NCBI GenBank assembly: GCA_002189035.1
Contig: NEEC01000018.1
Span: 1,612,001 to 1,676,000 of the forward strand
DNA: 64,000 nt
From: Utricularia gibba
Taxonomy: Eukaryota; Plantae; Magnoliophyta
Direction: 5' to 3'
Below the pieces are notes generated by a model. That model did not search any database. It was not told the DNA's origin and saw only the letters and a list, made by a program, of their open reading frames with translations. The translations under genes and the position numbers were made by a program. Positions 31,355 to 44,828 of the stretch are shown here, in pieces; position 1 is the stretch's first letter; each line of letters opens with the position of its first letter.

Positions 31355-33070
31355 TCAGTTGTCTGCAGCATGTCGAGTGGGAGTGTGCTTCTTCCTGCTC
31401 CGGGAGCTGCGTTTTCTCCTCCGGAGCTTTTCTGTGCCGCCGGAGATGGTCACAGGGTTTGTGGGATCGTGGGAGACGGCCAACTTCTCAGATGGGAGCT
31501 GGTGGGGTGTCTCCGGCCATGGAGTGCGCTTCGCGGGGACGGTGATCGGTAATGGGGAATCGATTATCCATCTGAGTGACACACAGAGGAGCAAAAGCAG
31601 ATTACACACTACACAGAGATCAAGTTCAGCATACCAAAAAGAGGGCTTCAGGTTCACCTTCTGATGAAGTAGGAGTGTAGGGTGCAGGAGACTAACCGGG
31701 GAGGGAATTTGCCGTCGGCTCTTGCCTCGACGCGCAGCCACCAGATCAAGATTTTCCGTCCACAGCTCCCAAGGGGCTCAACTACTGAGGAATCCTTCAA
31801 AAACTGTATTGGACTTTCCAGATTCTCTCCATTTCTCGTGAATTCTTCTAAATCCTTCACCCACACGGGTTTGTCTTCTGGTTTCTCCCACACTAGCCTT
31901 GAGTTCATCACAAAGCTAGCCCACTCCATCTTCCCAGGTAGAACAACTCCCTGATCACCAACATATGTTGCAGTTCGATTGGCAAATGGTTCGGTGTTGA
32001 AAGCATGCCATCCTGAATAGTGGTTGGAAGAGTTACAGGCAGGTCCCTGAACAGGAAACTGAGATCTCTTCTCATAGTTTTGCTCAGTAACACCACCCTG
32101 AACCTCAGGCAACTCTGTGCCTTCAAGGGTTCCTTGAAAAGCTAGAATTCCTAGAGAAACTGCACCTATCCACCTGATTCCCTGAATCTCATCAAAGAAT
32201 TCCAAACTATGCATGTTGCTGTCATCAGCAAAAACAATAATTCCATCTAGTCTCTTCTCTCTAACTATTCTGCACATTACAAGAACCTTCAAACCATAAG
32301 AATGGGTACTAGAAGCGAAAGGACAAATAAACACACATTTTCCAGTAATAAAGTAAGCACCTTAGAGCAAGAAGTCTCATTCTTGACTCATGTTTAATGC
32401 GATCTACCCACAAAAGTGGCATTTTCTCCTCAAAACCAATGTGAATAGTTTTTAGACCTGAATTTGCTATCAGTGAAGCAGTTTCACTGGTAGCTCCACC
32501 AGCTTCAACAACGATCCAAATAAGATCATATGGCACGTTCATCAAAGAATTCATCAAACCTGTAAGATGCAGTGCTTGAAAAGTTCTAAGGTATGTTGGC
32601 GTTACAGCAATCACAGTTCTGGGATTCTTAACCCCATACTGTGATCTTTGCACCATCTGAATCTGCTCCATTATTCTGTGTGCCTTCATCGTCTCCGCTG
32701 GATCTGGGTGAGGCCACGGCCTAATCAATATTCCGTGGCGACCCACTACAACTCTACTTGCACCACGAGCGACGGAGGTGTTGGTTTCCGGCGAGGAATT
32801 GGCTACGGGGGAAGGCGGTAATATTTGAAAATTGGTGTATACAGTGGTGGCAGGGGATGAATTTCTAGAAACAAGGATGAATAAAACAAGCCGGGAAAAA
32901 CGGAAACCAAGCACCAAACTAATTAGGCAACAGAGGACCTGAAGAACCAACCAGAACATATTCGCCGGAGACTTCACTGCCCCATCCACCGCGGCGTCCA
33001 TAGGGGGAGATACACCCCGGAAACTGTTGCTCCGGCGTCCTTGCTGTAGCAGCGACGTTAGCTGCTTCTT
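31355..33070 (-). CDS. IRX14: GT43 xylan beta-1,4-xylosyltransferase IRX14/IRX14-L, 3 coding exons; the expected ATG reads AAG (first in-frame ATG at 33001)
   Basis: (K)KQLTSLLQQGRRSNSFRG...FWLVLQVLCCLISLVLGFRFSRL, HGILIRPWPHPDP, VIAVTPTYLRTFQALHLTG, FADDSNMHS, WWLRVEARADGKFPPR|WIIDSPLPITVPAKRTPWP. A probable 5' UTR intron lies at about 33617-33099. Confidence 0.92.
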
Positions 33071-34594
33071 TTAAACCGTTTCTCCGGCTCTGGGTCACTG
33101 AAACAACAACGACAAAATACCCAGATTCCGGAACCGGGGAAAGGAAACCAATTGGGTTTCGTTGTTTGGCCGGAGTTCGGCACTTAATCGATGGGTTTTC
33201 TTCGGGATCACAATCCAAATATCAACTGAGGCGGCCTCCACCGTTTCACTTTCAGCAGCTTCTTGTCCCGTCAGAGGCCATCAAGAAACCCCACGAAAAG
33301 AACAATAGAAGCAGTGTTGGAACTTCAAACACGGCAACTTCTCTCAACTTGGTGACGGAAGAAATCTAGCGTCACTACCCCTAGAAGCCACAACTTGCAA
33401 ACAAGGGGGAGGCAGAAACCCATTTTTTAATCACAGATTGCCGTTAAATTCCGTCATCTCCCTCGGAGGCAAGTTACTCCCCACATCTCAGAGTGAAGAA
33501 ATCTACTGTTCCCCCATGCGTCTAGTTAACCTATCAACAAAACCATACCCAACGCATCATTCAAGAAAAGCATAGGAATGAATGATCGGCGGGGGCATCC
33601 ATCCATCACCTCGGACTTACCTTCGCCCCTGACAAGCAACGAATGGCAGGGGCTGAGTTGAGCTGAGCCCAGCCGCGTAGTGTCTGAGTGAGAGTGATGA
33701 TGATCAGAAAGATGATGGATGTAAAAATGAAGAAATATATGGTTGTGTCTGCAAGAAAATTGGCACAACCAAATTATAAGAATCACAGAGTGTCTCTCTC
33801 TTCTCCTGTGTTGATGTTCTCAATCCCCAGCAACTTTGGTCCTTGGAGGAGCTTCTGGGCCTGACCGGTTTAGAAAATAGGAGCCATTTCTGGTTGAATC
33901 ACGCTGGCCACCCCCAGTATGGGCTCCATCATTGTCAACAGATTCCTCCCATGTGCCGATTCAAACTGTTCTTCCTTAGAAAGGATGTGAGCAAGCAAGC
34001 TGATGTTTGATTCAGTGGGATTCAAGCCATTAACATGGCCATGGATTCTCTTGAGAGTGGAAGGAGGTGTGGCTCCAGTTTTGAAGTTCAGTGGAGCTAC
34101 AGAAGAGGATGCTGACATTCACGGGGAGAAAGCTGTGCGTTTCAACATCAACAGGATGTTTACTGCTCCGGACAATGAGTGGGGGCGAACGTGCAGCGTT
34201 GTGATGGTATGAAACTGGATACAAATTTTTATAGAATCAAAGCTTCATATGGTTTCAGTATCACATGCCATGGAGAGTTCTCTGTGGATGATCGATGCTT
34301 GTTCGACATCATCCAGATTCATGATGGAAGAACCCGCTACTTTCATGATAGATCATATGGTAAATGAGAAAAATCTTTGGCATTAGCATCAATGAAGCAG
34401 AGATGGAGGTGAACAAAATATTATTCACATAGGAGTATACAAACAAGGAGATCAAACAATCCACCAAATGAATATGAATGAAGAATGAAGACGAATGCAT
34501 GGCTGACTAAGAAAACAAGCAGAAAATGACTTGGCAAGAGGGAAAAAAGAAAGGCATCCTGCAACACAACCAACCTTTATCTTCCCCCATGTTT

Positions 34595-36495
34595 TTAGCA
34601 TATGAAGTTCGGGAGCGTGGACGTCAACACGTACGGCATGCTATTTCTCTGGCAGTAGAGCTTGTGAATATCATTTACAATGTCGAACACTGCATTCGGC
34701 TTTGCCAGCTTCCGTGCATTTTCAGACATTCTCTTTAGCTCCTCCTTCTTTGTGGTAAACCATTCAGCCACATTTCTTGCAATTTCATGCGGATCTCGGG
34801 TGAAAATGCCAGCACCATTGTCAACCACATATGGAACATTGCCCTTCTCCTGCCCTGGTATGTAGTCATTTAGAATAAGGGGAAGGCCACAGATGAATGC
34901 CTCTGCAATGGTACCAGGACCTGCCTGTAAAATCAAAACTCCATTAGTGAGCAAGAGACTTCAAGTAGTTAGTAACTGCCAATAGGAACAAGGCCATGGT
35001 GTCAAGAGACCTTTGTGACAATGCAGTCACAAGCACCCATCCACTTCTGCATCTCTTTCTCAAACCCTCTTACCTGATACAAGGAAACAACAGCCGTTGA
35101 CCACTAACATCGTCATTCAACGATTGTAATGAATAGTGAGAAAATGCAAGTACCATGACAGGGACTTTCCAAACAACTGATAGCAATGCTTCAACCAGAG
35201 CTTCATTGCGACCACATATAATTATCAATTGACCAATTGGCTTCTTGAGTTTTTTATCGTACAGAGCATCAGCTAGAATCTGTGCGGTCTTCTCTACTGG
35301 CCCGATAAGCCCCATTAGGAGGACTGCTGGCAACTCAGAGTCCATCTTCAGCTCGAGCCTCAATTCATCCTGAAATCATGAAAAAAAACACATCAGAACA
35401 CGACCCTTCAAGACACTAATCTTGTGCAAGCTGTGCAGAAAAGTGACAGACCTTGGACTGAACGGACCGAACAAAAGAAGGACGGATGGGTAATCCGAAT
35501 AAACGAAGTTGAGACTCTTCAAGCCCGTCAAGTAGAGCCCTCTTTGCTATCTCGTCCGAGGGGCAGTACAATCTCGTCACCAATGGTTCGAACCTGGGGC
35601 AATAAGTCCACAAATATCAGTTGAGAGCTCCATTTCCAGTTTGTTCCCATGACAAACAGAGATGATGAAGAAGAAGCACATCACCATGTTCGGTGGCAAG
35701 TAGTTAGATCAGTAACAACAGTAACGAAAAGCACTTTCTTGTCTAGATTTTGCCATTTCAGGACCTTGATAGGAATGTGCTGCATTAACGGATGTACAGT
35801 GATGATTATATCAGGCTTATACTCCATCAATCCAACTTCCACCTCCCTTTACAACAAAGATTAAAACATGAATGCATCAATCCTCTGTACTTACTACATA
35901 GGGCTCAATCCAGAATTGAAAAAAGTGCTTCTTCAAGTCTAAACTGAAAATGAATAGAAAAAGGATTCGTACTTTGCGTAATAAACAGCCAATGCGGCAA
36001 GATAGACGGAGTGTACCCATTTTGGAGAAGTTGTATGGAAAGTAACATTCCAAATCTTGGCATGGTTGACCATGAATTTGTATTGACCCTCCAAATCATT
36101 CAAAGGCCAACCAGTGTACTCCTTCCACACATCCTTAACAAACACCTGCGACATGAAGAAAACAAAATCCCATAAATCAGAGCTACCAACCCAGATTCAC
36201 AAACGCAATCACCCCCAGCACTTACGCGGTACTTATCCCCAAATTCAAGTTGAAATGCAGTACGAAGCGCCTCGGCCGAGGCTCTATGACCACCGCCAGT
36301 ATCACTCATAAGAATAAGAACATTCTTCGTTCTGTCGGAGCACATTTGGTCCATTTCCGTCTTACCCTCGTCTTCCTCATACTCAATCACATATTTTCGC
36401 CTCTTGAGACTGCACCCGCTCCCGAAGCCGTAAACACCAACTCTTTGGAACACCTTATCAATAGACTCGCGCGGAGACGCTGCCTTGACCACCAT
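34595..36495 (-). CDS. MGD: Type-B monogalactosyldiacylglycerol synthase (MGD2/MGD3-like)
   Basis: [66 protein letters not shown]|[21 protein letters not shown]. Short N-terminus and type-B diagnostic segments. Confidence 0.93.
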
Positions 36496-36849
36496 AGCCG
36501 TCGGATCTGCGTTGTCAGAGGTGTCCGAAAGTGGAGCGCAGAAGCGGCAGCAGCAGCAGTAGCGTACGGCGGCGTCGGCAGGGGGGCAATCGGAGTCGGA
36601 GAGCCTGGGCGGAAGGAGGGGGCAGGGGCACGTGATTGATTTATAGTGACAGTGAGGTGGGAGGGTGATGGATGATGTATGGATGGATGGGTTTGCATGT
36701 ATGGGGAGGATGAATGTGAGCCGTTGGATGGGGAATGTTCTCCATGGAGATGCGGATAATAGCATGCCCATGTTCATCTAATCATTCACATGGAATGACA
36801 GTTGTCCATCACATTTCTCTCTCTTTCTTTCCTGGTTGCCGTGTGATCC

Positions 36850-37058
36850 GGGCCCCACATGACAATTACTGGAATACGATCATGTAGATCCACCTGGATT
36901 TGTCACCTAATCCCCATTTCATTATAACTAATTCTGGGTCCCACTGTCTATGGGCCACATAATGGGCCTTCTTGTGAAACCTAATGGGCCATATATTTAT
37001 TGGGCCTGAAAGCCCGTCCCAAGCTTGAGCTCCATTCTCTCTCTCTCTCTCTCTCTCT
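36850..37058. promoter_or_regulatory. Bidirectional MGD/DBR1 promoter with TCP-type sites and a (CT)n tract
   Basis: GGCCCCAC at about 36851, GGTCCCAC at about 36937, TGGGCC at 36951, 36963, 36985 and 37001, (TC)n at 37036-37058. Confidence 0.65.
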
Positions 37059-37460
37059 GCAGTCTGCAGGTTGGAATTCGGAACTTCCCGATTCCTGCGG
37101 TTTTTTTTTTTTTTTGGCGGGCATCTCTCAGCTTAGTGTTTGCTTGGTTATTGTTGTGCAGTATAAAGTAGGGTAATCTCTGGTTTCTCTGAATATTGAC
37201 CGAATTAGCATGTTACTTTTGGTTTCCTAGTATAGTACTTTGTGTGGCATGCGGTTCTAAGGACTTCGAGGCGTTGATTTGTCCACATTTTTTTCGGTGT
37301 TTTTTGTTACTGAAAATGGTTTCTGGAGTGTTCTTGCATCCTGTAGTGCTTGTTGGTGGTGTAGATGGTCAAAGGACGATTTTTTTTCTAGTTCTTTGTC
37401 TGAATGCTGAATTTTTGTCTGTCTTGTTCGTTAATCTTTTTTGTGGGTAACATGTTGCAG

Positions 37461-39804
37461 ATGCGAATAGCTGTAGAAGGATGCATGCATGGAGATCTGG
37501 ACAATGTTTATGATACAATTTTACACCTGGAAGAGGTTGAGAAAGTCAAGATTGATCTTCTCATTTGTTGCGGAGATTTTCAGGTATGTTAGTAGTATCA
37601 AGGCATGGAGATAATGGCTGAACGTTGCCTTTGCTTTTATGTTTTGTATGCAGCATCCCTTTGAATGTTGATCATTTGTGCCTATCAGGCTGTTCGAAAT
37701 GAGAAAGACCTAGAAAGTTTAAATGTTCCTCCCAAATATCGGAAAATGAATTCTTTCTGGAAGTATTACTCTGGGGAGAAAGTTGCTCCAATTCTGACTG
37801 TGTTCGTTGGGGGGAACCATGAAGCATCCAACTATCTCTGGGAACTGTGAGTTGTTGTTTGTTAACATATGTATAGAAGTTTTTCTTAGTATTCAGTGAT
37901 TATGAGTTTAAAATGTTGCATTTTGATACTTACCACATCAATGAAGATGGTTCATCCTCCTCATCTTGTGCATGAATTAAAAAACTTGACTTGGAGAGTT
38001 GCCATGTGATATTTCTTCAAATGAGTAGTAAAGATGATTCTACATTGCAAATGCAGTGTTGAAGTCATGTCCAAGAATATTTCATCTCAATCTTTTTGGT
38101 GATACTATTTTCTCCTAAAATCTTAGATACTATGGAGGATGGGTCGCCCCAAGAATCTACTTTCTTGGATTTTCTGGAGTAGTTAAGTATGGAAATCTCC
38201 GTATTGCTGGAGTTTCTGGAATTTATAAAAAGCATCACTATCATTTAGGTAAGAAATTAATTTATCGGTGTAATGCTGGGTTCTTTGTCCATATGTTGAA
38301 TCTTCATATCTGCCTCAGAAACTTTCCAAGAGCTACTTGTAATCAAATATATGTACTCTTGGCTTTGATTGCTGCTCAGAAAATTTGCATATCACATTGC
38401 TTACTAACAGGACACTATGAGAAGTTCCCATATAATGAACAGGACATCCGCTCCATATATCATGTCCGTGAGTATGATGTTCAGAAGCTCATGGAAATTC
38501 AAGAGCCTGTTGATATATTTCTTTCTCATGATTGGCCACTTGGCATTACCAACTATGGAAACTTGGCAGATCTTCTACGAAAAAAGCCTTTCTTTGAATC
38601 AGAGGTACAAATAGTGTTTGTCTACAACATTTTGAATAGTCGCAATATGCTGGCCGATTTTTTGTTGATTGATTGTCGACTGAAAATAATTTCATCTTTT
38701 GAACTTTTAACAGATAAATGCGGGAACATTAGGCAATCAGCCTGCAGCTGTTCTAATGTCTAAGCTGAGGCCATCTTACTGGTTTTCTGCTCATTTGCAC
38801 TGCAAATTTTCTGCTCTTGTTCAACATGGAGAAAATGGCCCATTCACAAAATTTCTTGCCCTTGATAAGTGCCTCCCTGGAAAAAGTTTTTTGCAGGTAA
38901 CTAACTCTGTTTTTTTAGCAAGAGTATGATTCATTTGGAGGAGTTAAGCAGAGTACTCAGTTACATTATTGGTGTTGCAGGTTGTTGAAGTCGAATCAGA
39001 GGCAGGACCACATGATCTTCACTTTGATGAAGAATGGCTTGCAATTACAAAGAAGTTTAACTCAGTTTTTCCACGATGTAGAATTGGGAGAAGTTTCAGG
39101 TAATTCAATTTGACTTGGCCATGTTGCTGATTTTTTAACTGGGTCATGAGTTCACTGGTGATATGATGCTATGTATAGTGAGGCTAAGCCAGACATAGAT
39201 GAATGCCGCAAGTATGTTAAAGATAAGCTGCAAACACGAGACAACAGACCTTTTGATTTTGTCCAAACTGCACCTTGTCATAATGCGTCTCAACCTGTTA
39301 GTACTACCACTAATAGTGCAGGTGAGTAATCTCAGCCTCCAACACTTCCCTGCTTTATAATCAAGAATTATCTCTGACCCGCAGGGGGAGAAAATGGGAA
39401 ATGATATTAGGTTAAAGCTCAGGTTCTGACGCCCCTTTTTTTTTTCATTACTTCAGGGCATTATAAGAATCCCCAAACCGAAGCTTTATTAGACTTTTTG
39501 GGACTTGAGTATTGTCTTGATACCCCTGCTGAAGTTACTAACAAATCCCAAATTCCAGGTTTGCTTATTTCAAGAACTGAATACGTAGCTCTCTTCTAGT
39601 TTTGCTTCCCAACTTAATGCTATTGCTTGTCATATGCTTCCTTAACCAACTTATTTGATTGTGTTCAAACCACCATCCGGCACATCAGTGGGCCGATATG
39701 ATCTGATAGAAATGGTATATAGCTTCAGCTCATCTCTGTATCACTAAACAGGCGATCCACCTGATTCCGACAACAGCCCTGTTGATTCTGAGGAGGAAGG
39801 TTAA
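37461..39804 (+). CDS. DBR1: RNA lariat debranching enzyme
   Basis: [17 protein letters not shown]|[46 protein letters not shown]; all metal ligands are present. Confidence 0.96.
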
Positions 39805-40973
39805 ACGTAGTAATTCAAGTGTTCAAATGTATGAAGAATGGAGTTTTGAAACTTACCGATGTTTTTTCATTACAGTATGTAGCGAAAACGTAGACATCGC
39901 CATTCATTATCTGAGTTAGGTGCCAACCAACCAGATTTTTTTTAAAAAAAGGTAACTGCAGTAACTTACTGTGTAATATTGCGGATAACTGCAGCAAGAA
40001 TCAGATATGTTACACCAAATGCATCTAAAGCAATAACATGGTTAATATGTTTCATCATCTAATCCTCTGTAAAAACTAGAAACACTGGTAAAAAAATGCT
40101 GAGAGGTAAATGAAATGTTCCGCTTTGTTCTCTTAAAGAAAGGTGTTTTTGGTGTTACGGTCTTCAAAGTTATGCGATTCCTGCAATTATGGCGAAAAAG
40201 TGAACCTTTGTTGTCTGGTTTGTAGGTTGAAGGATAAAGATGGCCGTCTGTGATGCGAACAAGTAAAAAGATGGAATCTTGAATCCGTTAGAGTTGTAGT
40301 GGGAAACGCATTTATAGAAAATTTCAATGTTGGAGCGCTCATCCTGACAGACGATCACGTGAGTGTTGCAGTTTCCAGACAGTGCTAGACCCACAGTTGC
40401 ATCCTCTTTATTCCTTTCTCCACATGGAGTTGTGGGAAAAACCACCCACCCACATCTCCCTGTAAATGATCGCCATTTTCTTTCTTCTCCTTCCTCCGCA
40501 TCTTTTATTGTTTTTTGGTCTGTTCACTGTCACACACATGTCTCCTCCGGTCTCCACATGGAGTATCGACAAAACCTCCACTGTCCTCGGTTATCATTTC
40601 TCCCACCCATTTCCTTTGGAGCATTTATGATGGAGGGAATGCCGCTCCCTACTTTGTCTGTGGATCTGGGAAGGATTGATAGGTGACCCGTGGATCCCGA
40701 GTTCTTGTTATCTTTTTTTTTTTTTCACTTTTGCGGTTTTCACTGGTCTCAGGCCAATGAAGTTGAAGCTTTTTGGGAGATGGATATGGGTTTCTTTTTG
40801 CAAGCTCGGATCTTTCTGTTCTTACAAATGCTAGTGAGGTTTTAGTTTGATGCCTGAGGGATTTAGCATGAGGAGACATGGTTTTCGCCCTTGAATTTTG
40901 CTGTTCTTTGAGAGAATTCCAGCTCTAGAGAGTGGGGATCTTGTTAATTGACCCAAGGAGGAGAAGATTGAAA

Positions 40974-43900
40974 ATGGCTGCCAAGTTCTTACATTCTCTA
41001 ACAGATGATAATGCAGAATTACAGAGACAAATGGGATGTATGACTGGGATTTTTCAGCTGTTTGATCGCCAGCGTATGCTCACCGGGACCAGGCGAGTGA
41101 GTGGCTACAGCACCAAAGGTACCCTTCCCCTCCCTCTCAATAACATCATAGGAAGTATTGATTCTGCAGTTGGTCAGCTTTCTTCATGATTAATCCATAC
41201 GCTACTGTTTCACTAGCAGGAAATCCTCACCTAAATGTTAGACCTTCGGAAGGTGATCCGAGTACTTGGCAACTAAAATCCGCATCAATGGTACGCTATG
41301 TGCAGTTGTATTTAGTATGAACAGAATCTGCTTGAAGCTTGAGAAAAGTAACCTGCTCAGTAACACCATAGATTGGCATGCTCTTTCCTTTACATCAGTG
41401 TGAAACTTCAGAAAAATATCCTGCTCAATCCCACGTTTCGGTTTATAACTTTTTGGGTTTGATTCATCCGTGGGGATGCAAACGTTAGCATGATTCTGAG
41501 AGATGGTGATTTCTGTTCAGAGTGTGATGGTTTTTTTTTTTTTCTCTCTCAGGAGAAATATTCCACGAAGAACATCCAGGAAAGGCAGAAACTTTCTGTT
41601 GGATCATCCAGGGCTGCTTCCTCTTCTTCATCATCTTTCTCGTCTATTGACTTTGCCAGAGTTAACCAGATGGAATCAGCATCATTTCACAAAATGATGT
41701 ATCCCGATAACCCATCTAGAGATCCAGCAACAGGTCATCAGAACCACGACATTCGGGATTTCGTGAAGGATTCCATGTATAGGGAGCTTCCAGCTTTGAA
41801 GGCTAAAGTGACTGATGGCTCTCATGGCTCAACTGTTGACAGAAAACAAAGTGCCCCTGCGGATGTTAAGAAATATCTTCAAGCTCTTGACAAGTTTCAG
41901 CAAGGGGCACTGTATTCTGAGTACCGAAATGAACCTCAAGAACTTTTCAGATCATCATCCTACCGCTCAAAGGATGCATCATCCTCTTCCATCTCACGAG
42001 ACACCCCTCGGCTATCTTGCGATGGACGGGACGTGAGCGCAGCTGCATTTGACTCATATGATCGCTCTAAGTCTTTTGGAAATCTGAAGGACTCTAGGAG
42101 ACCTTTAGGCTCCAGGCAAGATTCAAGATCCAGCTGCTTTAAGCCTGTTGATAATGGAAATGTGGTTCAGGGTCAGCGACAAAGAATGGAATGTAAAGCA
42201 CAACGTCCAAGCATCATAGCTAAGCTTATGGGCTTGGAGGCAACACCTGACACCATGGCTGGCTCAGATAGGAGCTTTGTAGAGGATGGCTCTAGCAGTA
42301 GTCTAAGTTCACCTATGGAAACAACTTCTAAGAAGTCAGTGCAGTTATCTGGTTCCTATCTGAATTCTTGGAAAGAACCGAGCTCTCCGAACTGGAGGAG
42401 GAATTCTGATTCCTCGGCCAAACCAGCTACTTTTTTTCCGATTGAGCCAGCACCATGGAAACATACTGATGTATCAAGGTCTTCCCGGAAGCCTGCTTCA
42501 AAAGTGATGCAGCCCCCTGTGATTCCCTCTGTGTATAGTGAGATAGATAAGAGATTGGAAGACCTTGAGTTCCTGCAATCCGGAAAGGATCTTAGAGCAC
42601 TTAAACAAATATTAGGAACAATGCAGGGTAAGATGATTCCAGAAACAGTAAAAGGACAGTGCGCTAATCTCTTCACAGACACAGGTTTTGAGCAAAAAGG
42701 CTTGAGTTACAGCAGGGCCTTTGACAACCGTAAACCAATGCCCCAGGAAAGTATGGCATTTGCGAGGAAGAAGGTGATTTCATTGCAAAGCAGTGATTCA
42801 CCAATTGTGATCATGAAGCCTAACAAATATTTTGAAAAAAATGACATGCTTCCTGCTTCTGGAATTTCACTTGATAGTATGTTGGAACTTGCCAAACAAG
42901 GGAGTGGTGAACAGGCTGATAACAGAAAACGCTTCAGCAGGGAGAGAACATTTGGCGAACATGGCAGCATTGTGAATACTGACAGCATGAAAGATCGAAG
43001 AACTTTTAAAGCTACAGAGAGTTCAGTGAAATCTCATCAGTCAGCAAACGATGGAAATGCGAGCTTGAACAAGCCTAGAACAGTGCGCAAGAAAACTGAG
43101 CTAGAAAAGAAGCCTCCATGTCCTAATTCCCCAGATTCATGCAGGTCAAGAAGACACCCAAACCAGCAGCAATCTGAGGTTACTTCACCGAGCCAAAGAA
43201 GGAGAATAGTTCCTTCTAGCTTACAGCAGACTGATGATCAAAAGAGTGTCACATGTACTGAAATCACGAATTTGAGCTCCAGTGAAGTTGAGGATTCTGC
43301 TCAATCAAGTGTGGCAAGCGACATAAAAAATGTTCAGGTGATAGGTCCAGACTGGTTTTTGAGAGAAGATCGTTCTTTTAATTTTTGTGCTCGACTCATT
43401 GATTAACATCTATCATGTTATGCTCAGGAATCTGCTGTAACATCAAGTGAAGAGGAGTCAGCAGAATCAAGCTTTGTCCCTGCAGAGCACTCCAGTCCTG
43501 TATCTGTTCTCGACGGTGGCGCACATAAACCAAATACTTCTCCTATTAAATACGTGAGAAAGGCTCTCAAAGGTAACACTTCCTTCAGATCTAACAAATT
43601 CATTCGCATGCACTACTTGAAAGAATAAGAGATTCATGAATTCTGCAAAAAAATATTGAGGAAATTTCTTGCTTTTTTCAACCAGATATCAAATCTGTTG
43701 CTTTTTTTTTTCAACCATCCCTTCTAAAAGCCTCAACTTCCTGGGGATAATTTTCAACCGATATCAAATGCTGGATTTGTGATCGATTTCCATTTTGTTT
43801 CAGTTGATGCATCAGTGAAAGAAGAGAAGAAGCCTACTCCCAATGTGGTTCACCTGACAAGAGTGGATTCTGACTCCAAGGAGGCTACTGTAGCATACGA

Positions 43901-44555
43901 CTTCGACAGGAAGAAGCTTCAGAACATCGAGAACTTAGTTCTAAAGCTGAGAAGGGTGAACTCGAGCCACGATGAGTCAAGAACAGACTACATTGCATCG
44001 CTCTGCGACGACTCCAATCCTGACCATCGGTACATCTCTGAGGTCCTATTGGCTTCCGGGATCCTCCTCCGAGCCCTCACAGACTTCCATTTTCACCCAT
44101 CTGGTCATCCAATAAACCCCGAGCTGTTTCTGGTCTTGGAGCAAACCAAGCGGTGCACCTCAAGCCAAGGACCTTGTGGTGCCAAAAAGGAACCCCGAAT
44201 CGCAAACAGAGAGAAGAATCACCGGAAGCTCGTATTTGATGCCATCAATGAGATTCTTTCAAAGAAACTCTCCTCCATAGGCCCCATGTCAAGACCACAT
44301 GGCTCCGCCCCCAAAACCATGACCTCCCAGATGCTCCTCCGAGATCTCTGTTCCGAGATGGATGCCCTCCAGGGCGGGAATCCAAGAGACGAGGAATGGA
44401 AGAGTATGGTAGCCTCCGACATGATGAAGACTCCTTCCGAAAGATGGATGGATTTAAAGCACGAAACCTCCGGCGCTGTCCTGGACGTGGAGCGGATGAT
44501 CTTCAGAGATTTGGTTAGCGAGATCGTGGTCGGAGACGCGGCCGCCGGAGGATAA
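40974..44555 (+). CDS. TON1-recruiting motif (TRM)/LONGIFOLIA-like protein, 5 exons
   Basis: MAAKFLHSLTDDNAELQRQMGCMTGIFQLFDR, PSIIAKLMGLE, FFPIEPAPWK, SPIVIMKP, EHSSPVSVLD, DUF4378-like end DVERMIFRDLVSEIV. Confidence 0.92.
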
Positions 44556-44828
44556 GTAGCCGGCCGTTGTAGTATTCCGGGTGTGGCATTCATCACGAAT
44601 ACGTCACGAATTCTTTGTATTTATAGTTAACATAAGCAGATAATTTATATATATTACTACTACTAATACACAAAATCCGCATTAATTTAATTATATTAAA
44701 TTTTTCTTAGTAATCAATTTTATAAATATTGTATAAATCATCTTAATTAGAAAACAATAATTAATAAAATATATCTAGTTTTTAATTATCAATTCATATT
44801 TGTTGAAATTAAAAAATATTATGGGGGA

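Noticed and set aside
31112-31664. Plus-strand ORFs of 146 and 110 aa
   Set aside because: Antisense shadow of the GC-rich last exon and 3' UTR of IRX14.
35585-35600. GGTTCGAACC resembling a tRNA T-loop
   Set aside because: Lies at an MGD exon boundary and no cloverleaf can be formed.
36496-36777. 94-codon in-frame N-terminal extension of MGD (ORF 36100-36777)
   Set aside because: Low-complexity, UTR-like sequence; a TATA-like CTATAAAT near 36640 lies inside it, implying transcription starts downstream of the upstream ATGs; type-B MGDs have short N-termini.
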